Position numbers and translations under genes: made by a program
NCBI GenBank assembly: GCA_963776245.1
Contig: CAVZLN010000006.1
Location: forward strand, 672,001 to 736,000
DNA length: 64,000 nt
Direction of reading: 5' to 3'
DNA from: Candidatus Eiseniibacteriota bacterium
GTDB taxonomy: Bacteria; Eisenbacteria; RBG-16-71-46
The notes under the pieces: generated by a model
Seen by the model: the letters and a program-made list of their open reading frames with translations, nothing else
Databases searched by the model: none
Told to the model about the DNA's origin: nothing
Shown here: positions 1 to 8,773 of the stretch, piece after piece
How the letters are laid out: every line of letters begins with the position of its first letter
How positions within the stretch are numbered: position 1 is the first letter of the stretch

Positions 1-2
1 TG

Positions 3-2637
3 TGGGGCGGCGCCAGCTTCGGTCCCGACCAGGAGGCCTACGTCACACTGGCCGCGGTCACGCCGGGCGCGCCCGAGCACGACCTGATGCTCAAGATCCA
101 GGGCACCTCGGACGCCGCGGCGCATCTCGAGATCCGCTACGACGACAATCTCCAGTGGATCGCGATCGGCTCGTACGAACCGGGCGCCGGCTGGCGCGAG
201 CACGGGATCATATCGCCGGCGACGTTCGTCGCCGGCGATCAGTTCGGCGCGCGCGCGCGCGCCGACGGCGTCGTGCAGGTGTTCAAGAACGGCGCCCTGC
301 TCGGCAGTTACTCGGCGCTGACGTGGCCCTATGCCACCGCGGGCGGCTCGATCGGGATGACGCTCTCCCAGACCTTCCAGTCGCGGTTCGACGACTTCGG
401 CGGCGGCAACCACGTGACCGTGAGCGCCAGCCCGGTGGCGGTGGTCACCTCGCCCAACGGGGGCGAGTCCTGGGCTGGCGGCTCGACGCACGCCATCCAG
501 TGGACCGCCACCGACGACGTCGCGGTCACGCTCGTGGACCTGTTCTACCGCGAGCATGCCGGCTCGCCATGGACGCCGCTGGCGGTCGACATCCCGAACA
601 CCGGCACCTTCGACTGGGCGGTGCACGACACCCCGACCAGCGACGCGCGCGTGCGCGTGGTGGCGTACGACGCCGATGGCCACTCCGGAGAGGACACCAG
701 CAACGCCGACTTCGCGATCACGGCGCGCGGGGGCGGCATCGTGCACACCACCCTGCGCGACTTCACCATGCCCGGGACCCAGCCGCACGGCGCCGGCGGC
801 TTCTCGAGCCAGTCCGCGTGCAACACCTGCCACAGCGGGTACTCCGCCGCGGTCGAGCCCGGGCGCACGGCGCGCGGCACCATGATGAGCAACGCCGCGC
901 GCGACCCGTTGTTCTACGCCTGCCTCGCGGTCGCCGAGCAGGACGCGCCGAACGCGGGCGACCTGTGCATCCGCTGCCACGCGCCCATGTCGTGGCTGTC
1001 GGGCCTCAGCCAGCCCACCGATGGCTCGCGCATCGACGCGCTCGGGCGCGAGAGCGTGGGGTGCGACTTCTGCCACCGGCTGGTGGACCCCGTCTACAAG
1101 TCGGGCGTGAGCCCCGCGGAGGACCTCGCGGTGCTGAGCGGGATGCTGCCCTCGCACATCCCGACCGGCTACGCGAACGGCCAGTACGTGCTGGACTCCT
1201 CGACCCGCCGGCGCGGCCCGTTCGCCGATCCGCAGGCCCCCCACGAGTTCCTCGCCTCGCCGTTCCACACCAGCAGCGACCTGTGCGGCACCTGCCACGA
1301 CGTCTCGAACCCGGTGTACGCGCGCGTGAGCGGCGCGCGCTACGCCGCGGGGCCGCTCGACACCCCCGCCGATTCCATCAGCTCGAGCGCGCTCATGCCG
1401 CTCGAGCGCACGTACAGCGAGTGGAAGAACAGCGCGTTCCCGGCCGGCGTCGTGCTGCCCGACTTCGCGGGCAATGCCCCCGGCGGCGTGGTGTCCTCGT
1501 GCCAGGACTGCCACATGCGCGCGGTCACGGGCCAGGGCTGCAACGCTCCCGGCGCGCCGGTGCGCACCAACCTCCCGCTGCACGACCTCACCGGCGGGAA
1601 CGCGTGGATGGGCGGCGTGATGGCGTCCCTGTATCCGGCCGAGGCCGACCCGGTGGCGCTCGCCGACGCCTCGGTCCGGGCGGTCGCCACGCTCCAGAAG
1701 GCCGCCACGCTCGGGCTCGTGCTCGCCCCCGAAGCCGACAGCCTGCGCGCCAGCGTGACCGTCACGAACCGCAGCGGGCACAAGCTGCCGACCGGCTACC
1801 CGGAAGGCCGCCGCATGTGGCTCGACGTGCGGGCGAGCGATGCGGGCGGGACGGTGCTCTACGAGTCCTGCCCGTACGACACCGCCACCGGCGTGCTCGC
1901 GCCCGGCCCCGGCTCGCGCGTGTACGAGGTCAATCTCGGGATCTCGCGCGCGACCGGCGCGGCGCTCGGCTTCCCGCACGGCGCGAGCTTCCACTTCGCG
2001 CTCAACGACTCGGTGTACAAGGACAATCGCATCCCGCCGCTCGGGTTCACGAACGCCGCCTACGACGCGTTCGGCGGCATGCCGGTGGATCCCGCCGGCC
2101 CGGCGCCGCGCTATCCGGACAACCAGAACTGGGACGTCTCGGACTACCCGCTGCCGCCCGGCACCGTCGAGGTCACCGCCACGCTCTACTACCAGACCAC
2201 CTCGAAGGAGTACGTCGAGTTCCTGCGGGACGCGAACACCACCAACACCGCGGGCCAGACGCTCTACGGCGCCTGGACCGCGAACCGGCGTTCGCCGCCG
2301 GTCGTGATGGCGACCGCCACCCTCCGCAAGTCGGCGGGCGTTCAGGCCGCTCCCCTGCCCACGGCTTTCTCGGTGCGCCCGCTGAGCAATCCCTCCCGCG
2401 GGACGCTCGAGCTCTCGGTCGGCTTGCCGCGCGCGGCCGACGGTGCGCCTCGAGGTGTACGACGTGGCCGGCCGCTGCGTGGGCCGCGTGCCGTACGGCC
2501 AGCTCGCGGCCGGCGTGCACCGACTGGCGTGGGACGGGCGCGTCTCCGAGCGCGCCGACGCGGGCGCGGGCGTGTTCTGGGCGGTGGTGCGAGCGGGCGA
2601 CGAGCGCCTGGTGCGGCGCATCGTGCGCCTGCGGTAG
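3..2637 (+). CDS. Secreted multiheme (5x CxxCH) cytochrome c with Ig-like N-terminal modules and C-terminal FlgD/T9SS-like domain; 5'-truncated by window edge; frameshift near 2442
   Basis: Frame is open from position 3 (WGGASFGPDQEAY...). Motifs CNTCH, CIRCH, CDFCH, CGTCH, CQDCH; 'VTSPNGGESW' Ig-like module. The CTD continues in ORF 2443..2637 (VRLEVYDVAGRCV...LAWDGR...GVFW). Confidence 0.85.
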
Positions 2638-2992
2638 CGGCGCGGCCGGGAGCGGCGAGCGCTCCGCGAGTGTCGGGACGCTTGACGCTTTCGCGAGCCG
2701 CGCATCCATCGGGCGCCCGGTCACGCGCCCGCGCGACGCATCCAGGGCTCGTCGTGGCGCGCGGTTCGGCGGATTCGCGTCCTCGCGCGCGCCGGTGGCC
2801 CGACCCTTGCCCCTCCCCAAGTGGATGTGTGTCTCCGGCCCCGCCACCCTCCCCGGGACCTTCCGCCCGGCCTCGTCCCCCCGGCTCCCGTCCTCCGGTC
2901 GCGGCGAAACCTCGCTATACGCCGTCCGCCTGACTTCCATTCCCTCCTTTCTTCCGCGGTCCGGTCCCCCATGTCGACGGGCCCCTCGCCCG

Positions 2993-3017
2993 GGAATAGC
3001 CCCCGGGTGACGGCGTA
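2993..3017 (+). promoter_or_regulatory. Possible ECF-sigma promoter (GGAAT-N16-CGTA)
   Basis: ggaat-agcccccgggtgacgg-cgta upstream of gene 3083; motif match only. Confidence 0.25.
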
Positions 3018-3082
3018 GTTCCAGCCAGTCGCACCACGCAGGAACCCGCTGTCCCAGGCATCACACGAGGAGGAGGACGGTC

Positions 3083-4070
3083 ATGCACCTCATGAGCACG
3101 CTCACTCGCGCGGCCCTCGACGCCGCGGGCCGCCCCGGGCGGCGCATCACTCTCGCCGGGACCCTGGCGCTGGCGCTCGGGTCGCTGCTCGGCGCCGCCG
3201 CGCCCGCGACCGCCCGCTCTCTCACGGTGCCGATGGCCGACGGCCGGCTGGTGGATGTCCGCGTGCTCGTGGATGGAGCCGCCACCCCGCTCTATCAGCG
3301 CGCCGGGGCGTGGGACCGCCACTACTTCCAGGCGTTCCGCGGTCGCAACTACTCGCTCGAGGTGCGCAACACCACCGGGCAGCGCGTCGGCGTGCTGATC
3401 GCGGTGGACGGACTGAATGTCGTGAACGGCGAGCGCTCGCGGCTGGCGAACGGCGAAGCGATGTACGTGCTCGGTCCGTACGAGAGCGCCGTCATCCGTG
3501 GCTGGCGCACTTCGCTGGACGATATCCGGCGCTTCGTGTTCGTGGACGAGGAACGCTCGTACGCCGAGCGCACCGGCCAGGCCAACGGCGACATGGGCTG
3601 GATCCGGGTGCTGTCCTTCCGTGAGGACCGCCCGGCGTGGCGCTGGGACGAATGGAACCGCGTGCGCCCCGGGCGCGACGAGCGCGCCCAGCAGGGAGAG
3701 CGCGACGACCTGGCGCCGCCGACCGCGGCGCGCGAGAAGTCGTCCGACGGCGCGCCGGGCGCTCCCGTGCCGGCGTCCCCGAAGTTGGGCGACGCCGCGG
3801 GTGGCATGCCGCGCGGCGCGGAGCAGTTCCGCGACGGGGCGCGCCCTCCCGCTGGTGCAGGAGTCCACGCCCGGCACCGGCTGGGGCGAGCAGCGCCGCG
3901 ACCCGGTGCGCGAGGTCGAGTTCCGCGCCGAGCGCGCGCCGGTGGACCGCATCACGCTCCGCTACGAGTACGCCTCCGGCCTGCGGGCGCTGGGCATCGA
4001 CCTCCGCCGCGACCGGGTGTGGGAGCGCGAGCGCGGCGAGCTGGGTTTCGCAAAGCCGCCGCAGTGGTAG
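3083..4070 (+). CDS. Secreted hypothetical protein; frameshift near 3840
   Basis: Strong RBS aggagg; signal-peptide-like N-terminus; core YSLEVRNTTGQRVGVLIAVDGLNVVNGE; C-terminus (TPGTGWGE...GFAKPPQW) is in ORF 3498..4070. Confidence 0.7.
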
Positions 4071-4115
4071 CCAGCACCTGACGCCATCCCCACGAGCGGC
4101 GGGCCCACACGGGCC

Positions 4116-4287
4116 CGCCGTTCGCCGCGCGGGACCAGGTGCGAAGGGGCGATTCCGGCGGAGCGGATTCATCGCCCCGCGCCACCAGGGCGCGCCGTTC
4201 GCCGGGCGGGACCAGGTGCGGAGGGGCGATTCCGGCGGAGCGGATTCATCGCCCCGCAGTACCTGGTCCCGTCCGGCGAGCGGCCCC
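4116..4287 (+). repeat. Two ~65-bp direct repeats (4116-4180, 4193-4257); the second is closed into a long nested hairpin (4194-4287)
   Basis: cgccgttcgccg(c/g)gcgggaccaggtgcg(a/g)aggggcgattccggcggagcggattcatcgccccgc occurs twice; 4262-4287 and the preceding bases complement the 5' arm. Confidence 0.85.
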
Positions 4288-4318
4288 CGACCATGGAGTG
4301 GAGGGAACCGCGACCGCC

Positions 4319-5359
4319 CTACTCCGTCACCCCGCGCAGCACCGCGATCTGCTCGCCCATCTGGATCCCGCTCAGGTACGCGCCCTCGAGACCGCCCACG
4401 CTCGCGAACGCGTCGCCGATCATCGCCACGCGCCCTCCGCGCGGTGACTCGAACCCCAGCGGATCGCCGATCCGGTCGCCCTGCCGCACGCGCGAGTATC
4501 GCCACGTGTGCGTCTGGGTCCAGGCCGGGCGCGCGGCCCAGCGTCCGAGCAGTTCGCCCGCCTCCCACAGCAGATCGGCGCTCCACTCCTCGGGCGGTCG
4601 CGCCAGGCTGTCGCTCGAGAAGCGCGGGCGACCGTGCAGCACCAGCACCTCGTGGCGCGGCTTGGGCCGCTTGCTCGAGTCGTGGGAGATCATGTGGATC
4701 ATCGTGGTCTCGATCGGGTACCACATCTCGAACAGCGCATCGAAGGCCGGCGTCGCGTAGCCCGCGATCAGCGCCACGGTGCTCACCATCTCGATCGCCC
4801 GCAATCGCGCCAGCGGCGCCGCCGCGTCCGGCCAGTCCCCGATCAGCGGGCTCGCGAGCAGCGCCGACTCGGCCAGCGGCAACGCCAGCACCACGAACGG
4901 CGCGGCCAGCCGCTGGCCGTCCTCGAGCGTCACCGTGACGCGCCCATCCTCCTCGCCCAGCGCGGTCACGCGCGCGCGCAGACGCACGTCGAGGCCGCGC
5001 GCGAGATGCTCCGGGAAGGCGCTCACTCCCTCCTCGCGCGCCCAGCGCTTCGAGCCCGGGCTGAACGCGCTGCGCTGGCAGGCCAGGCGGCGGCCGCGCA
5101 CGTCCCGCGGCCAGCCGTGGAGCTTGCCCGGCTCGCCCAGCGCGTTGAGCGCGACGCCGAACTCGTGCGAGCGGGTGTGGAAGAACGGTACGCCGTGGTC
5201 CACCGGCTGACCGCCCGCCACGCGTCGCGTGGCGCACCGGCCGCCCACGCCGCGCCCGCGCTCCAACAGGACGGCGGACACCCCGCGCCGCGCCAGCTCG
5301 CCGGCGCAGGCGAGCCCCGAGACCCCGGCCCCCACGATGATGACGGTCGGCGCTCCCAT
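4319..5359 (-). CDS. FAD/NAD(P)-dependent oxidoreductase, renalase/amine-oxidase-like
   Basis: N-terminal IVGAGVSGL...ERGRGVGGRCATRR, DHGVPFF, HTWRYS, IGDAF...GLEGAYLSG. Confidence 0.9.
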   Translation of the reverse strand: MGAPTVIIVGAGVSGLACAGELARRGVSAVLLERGRGVGGRCATRRVAGGQPVDHGVPFFHTRSHEFGVALNALGEPGKLHGWPRDVRGRRLACQRSAFSPGSKRWAREEGVSAFPEHLARGLDVRLRARVTALGEEDGRVTVTLEDGQRLAAPFVVLALPLAESALLASPLIGDWPDAAAPLARLRAIEMVSTVALIAGYATPAFDALFEMWYPIETTMIHMISHDSSKRPKPRHEVLVLHGRPRFSSDSLARPPEEWSADLLWEAGELLGRWAARPAWTQTHTWRYSRVRQGDRIGDPLGFESPRGGRVAMIGDAFASVGGLEGAYLSGIQMGEQIAVLRGVTE

Positions 5360-5399
5360 GGGGGTCGAATATAGCACCCGGCTCTGCTATGACTCGCGC

Positions 5400-6698
5400 A
5401 TGGACGATCTCCGGGAGGACGCGGCCGCACCCCCGACCGCCGCCGAGCGGCGCGCGGTGCGCGCCTGGTGCATGTACGACTGGGCCAACTCCGCGTTCGC
5501 CACCACCGTGATGGTGGCCGTGCTGCCCGCGTACTTCCACGCCGCCGCCTCGCGCACCCTGCCCGCGCATCTCGCCACCGCCGCGTGGGCGTACACGGTG
5601 GCGGCCGGACAGCTGCTCGCCGCGCTCGCCGGGCCGCTGCTCGGCGCGCTCGCCGACCGGGCCGGCCGCCGCAAGCCGCTGCTGCTCGCCTGCATGCTCG
5701 CCGGGGCGGTCGCCACCGCCGCGCTCGCGGTCGTGCCGAGCGGCGCGTGGCCGCCGCTCGCGGCGCTGTTCGTCGCGGCGTACGTGGCGTTCTCGGCCAG
5801 CCTGGTGCTCTACGACGCGCTGCTCCCCGCGGTCGCGCGGCCCGCCGAGATGGACCGCGTCTCGGCGCGCGGATTCGCGTTCGGCTACCTGGGCGGCGGC
5901 GTGTTGCTCGCGCTCAACCTCGCGTGGATCCTGATGCCGCGCCGATTCGGACTGCCGGACGTCGAGGCCGCGACGCGGCTCTCGTTCGCGAGCGTGGCGC
6001 TGTGGTGGGTGGCGTTCTCGATCCCGCTCGCCCGCCACGTGCGCGAGCCCGCGTCCGTGGCGCGCGGCCACGGCGCGCACGCCTTCGCCGACGTGCTGGC
6101 GACCCTGCGCCTGCTGCCGCGCCATCCCGAGTTGCTGCGCTTCCTGATCGCCTTCTGGCTCTACAGCGACGGCATCGGCACGGTGATGCGCATGGCCACC
6201 GCCTACGGCAGCGAGGTGGGCATCGGTCGCGCGGACATGATCGGCGCGCTGCTCATGGTGCAGATCATCGCGGCCCCCGCGAGCCTGGTGTTCGGCAGGC
6301 TGGCGCGTCCGCTCGGTCCGCAGCGCGCCATCGCGCTGGCGCTCGCGGGTTACGTGCTCATCACCGCGGTCGGGTACTCGATGGCGAAGCCATGGCACTT
6401 CTGGGCGCTCGCCGGGCTGGTGGCGCTGTTCCAGGGCGGCGCCCAGGCGCTCTCGCGCTCGATGTTCGCGCGGCTCGCCCCGGCGTCGCGGCGCGCCAGC
6501 CTGTTCGGCTTCTACTCGGTGAGCGAGAAGCTCGCGGGCGTGGTCGGTCCGTTGCTGTTCGGGGTGGCGGCGAGCCTCGCGGGCAGCAGCCGGCTGGCGG
6601 TGCTCGGGCTGCTGCCGCTGTTCGTGGGCGGCGGGTGGCTGCTGCTCACCGTGGACCTCGCGCGCGGCAGCGCGCGCGCGGCGGCCGACGCGGACTGA
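5400..6698 (+). CDS. MFS transporter (UMF1/Atg22-like)
   Basis: AWCMYDWANSAF, GALADRAGRRK, GGAQALSRSMF, FGFYSVSEKLAGVVGP; many TM segments. Confidence 0.92.
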   Translation: MDDLREDAAAPPTAAERRAVRAWCMYDWANSAFATTVMVAVLPAYFHAAASRTLPAHLATAAWAYTVAAGQLLAALAGPLLGALADRAGRRKPLLLACMLAGAVATAALAVVPSGAWPPLAALFVAAYVAFSASLVLYDALLPAVARPAEMDRVSARGFAFGYLGGGVLLALNLAWILMPRRFGLPDVEAATRLSFASVALWWVAFSIPLARHVREPASVARGHGAHAFADVLATLRLLPRHPELLRFLIAFWLYSDGIGTVMRMATAYGSEVGIGRADMIGALLMVQIIAAPASLVFGRLARPLGPQRAIALALAGYVLITAVGYSMAKPWHFWALAGLVALFQGGAQALSRSMFARLAPASRRASLFGFYSVSEKLAGVVGPLLFGVAASLAGSSRLAVLGLLPLFVGGGWLLLTVDLARGSARAAADAD

Positions 6699-6774
6699 GC
6701 CGCGCGGGGCGCGGGATGCGAGACCACGTTGGCGGCACAATCCACATCTGCGTCGTCGCTTCGATGCTGGTCCG

Positions 6775-8493
6775 CTACTGCACCACCGCGACCTTGGCGG
6801 TGGCACTCTCCCGGCCGCTGGCGTCGCGGGCGCGCAGGAAGTAGATGCCTGCGCGGATCCGCCCGCCCGCCGGCGGCAGCGCGATGGTGAACGCGTCGCG
6901 CCCGGCACCCGCCGACATCCGCCGCTCGCGCCACACCACCCGGCCCTGCAGGTCGTAGAGCCGGACCTCCAGCGCCCCCGCGATGGCGTCCATCACCTCG
7001 AACGCCACCTGCGTGCTGGCCGGGTTGGCCGACACCCGCAGCACCCACGGCCCCAGACCCTGCGCGGGCCACCGTGTCGCGGCACTCCACCATTCATAGC
7101 GCCGGTCCACGCTCTCGCGCCGGATGCGGTAGCGCACCATGCCGGCGGGCGCGGTGGTGTCGGTCCACCCCATCAGCGAATCGGGGCCGGCGCGCACCCG
7201 GGCCACCTGAACGAACCCCCCATCGCCATCGGCGCGCTCGACCGCCCACCACGAGCGCGGGGCGGACGTGGAGAGCGCCCAGCGCACCTGACGCAGCCGG
7301 CCGGCGGCGGCGACCCGCGGGGTGTCGGTGGTGGCGGTGGTGTACGAGTGCAGCCAGCGGACGCCGCCGACGTAGTTGGTCATCATCCAGGCCACCCAGA
7401 TGTCGCCATTGCGGTCGCGGACCACGTTGGGCAGGCCGCCGTTCAGTCCCTCGGCCAGTTCCACCGCGTGCCCGAACCCCGAATCCGACGGGACGCAGAT
7501 GCAGATATTGTCATTGCCCCCCCAGTCCTGGCTGTCCCACACCACTACGGGATAGTCGTACTCATCCCCATCCCGGCTCATCTCTGCACCAAATCCCCCG
7601 TGGAACTGCGTCCCATTGAGGTACGCGCACCCCAGCGATTCCGGTTCGCTCCACGCCGTGCCATCGAAGCTGGTGATGCGCACGTGTGGAGCCCAGGGGA
7701 TCACCCACGCCAGCCACTGCCGGCCACCCGGTCGCGCCCGTAGCCGAGGCCGCTGGGGCCCTGGATCGGGGATGAGCGGCCCCTCCTGCCAGTCGTCCCC
7801 GCGTGCGATCCCCCACTTGACTCCAATGTCCCAGCCCGCCGCCCACGCCACGATCGCCGTCGTATCGTCAAGCACCCCGAGGGTCAACCCGTAGTTATTG
7901 GTCGGCGCGTGCAGCGGCACGTTGGTGTAGGACAGTCCACCGTCGGAGTAGTAGAGCCGCAGCGAGTCCGGCAGTTCCCGATACCCGCGGTCCTCGACCA
8001 GCAGCCAGTGTCGCCGGCGGCTCGCCGCGCCCGCATACTCCGTCACAGCGTAGGATACCTCCGTCACGCTATCCGGCGCCCAGACGCTGTCGGCCACCAC
8101 GCGGGCCATGTGCATCGACGTCCGCAACTCATATACGACCGCCAGCCGCGACCACACGAGGTAGGTCAGCCCCGGTGGGGACTGCACCGGCCACAGCGCC
8201 CCAGTGCCACGGCCAAGGCTCCAGGTGCGCTGCCAGGTGCTGTCGGCCCACCGGTAGCCGAACGCGTCCTTGGCCCCGCCGGGGCCCCAGCGCGCGATGG
8301 CGTAGAGCTCGGGGGTGCCGGTGGTATCACGTTCCAGCCGCGGGAAGGCAACATAGCCGAACCCCGGCTCGATGAGCGTGGTGGCGGCCGTCCAGGCGCG
8401 ACCGGGCGGCAGCCCATCGGCGCGCGCAACCCCTGCGATCGCCACGGCCGAGAGGGCCACCAGCGCCGCCGATCGCCACCCGCGCTGTCCCAT
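6775..8493 (-). CDS. Secreted Trp-rich beta-repeat protein with C-terminal FlgD/T9SS-like domain (paralog A)
   Basis: RBS ggaggtg 7 nt before ATG 8493; signal peptide (SAALVALSAVAIAGVARA); CTD SANPASTQVAFEV...LYDLQGRVV...AGIYFLRA. Confidence 0.8.
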   Translation of the reverse strand: MGQRGWRSAALVALSAVAIAGVARADGLPPGRAWTAATTLIEPGFGYVAFPRLERDTTGTPELYAIARWGPGGAKDAFGYRWADSTWQRTWSLGRGTGALWPVQSPPGLTYLVWSRLAVVYELRTSMHMARVVADSVWAPDSVTEVSYAVTEYAGAASRRRHWLLVEDRGYRELPDSLRLYYSDGGLSYTNVPLHAPTNNYGLTLGVLDDTTAIVAWAAGWDIGVKWGIARGDDWQEGPLIPDPGPQRPRLRARPGGRQWLAWVIPWAPHVRITSFDGTAWSEPESLGCAYLNGTQFHGGFGAEMSRDGDEYDYPVVVWDSQDWGGNDNICICVPSDSGFGHAVELAEGLNGGLPNVVRDRNGDIWVAWMMTNYVGGVRWLHSYTTATTDTPRVAAAGRLRQVRWALSTSAPRSWWAVERADGDGGFVQVARVRAGPDSLMGWTDTTAPAGMVRYRIRRESVDRRYEWWSAATRWPAQGLGPWVLRVSANPASTQVAFEVMDAIAGALEVRLYDLQGRVVWRERRMSAGAGRDAFTIALPPAGGRIRAGIYFLRARDASGRESATAKVAVVQ

Positions 8494-8610
8494 GGGGGCG
8501 CACCTCCATCGCATCGGCGAGGCTCCGCACCCGACATGGAGGGTGGTTGTCGGATGCGAATGCGCCGGCGACAAGATGGATTCTACTTGCCAGCGCCGCG
8601 GCTGGGGAAG

Positions 8611-8670
8611 CGATGCGTTGACGTCCGTGGACACGCTGGCGCTCCAGTTCGAGTCGCCGGCGGTGGACCC
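8611..8670 (+). pseudogene. Short relic homologous to the C-terminal part of gene 10768..15023
   Basis: 8629-8662 matches 14603-14636 at 31/34 nt (DTLALQFESPA vs DTLTLQFESPA); preceded by DALTSV vs DALTAV. Confidence 0.6.
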
Positions 8671-8773
8671 GAAGTGCGACCGGGGGTCTTCGAAGTGCAC
8701 GGACGACGCGGGTGGCGCCGCGGCGCCGCCCACGTCGTCGCACCTTCCGCACGCCCGCCTGTGGTGCGGCCCG

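Noticed and set aside
2..3010. 1002-aa Arg-rich ORF and many similar long overlapping ORFs (e.g. 3492..6908, 34974..38720)
   Set aside because: Shadow frames of real genes in very high-GC DNA; Arg/Ala/Pro-rich with no motifs.
3082..3095. Same 14-mer catgcacctcatga at the starts of genes 3083 and 39387
   Set aside because: Only two instances; a match of this length can occur by chance in 64 kb, and no further shared context was seen.
4116..4257. CRISPR array or SRP RNA
   Set aside because: Only two ~65-bp copies with a 12-bp gap and no cas genes; the SRP domain IV motif is not present on either strand.
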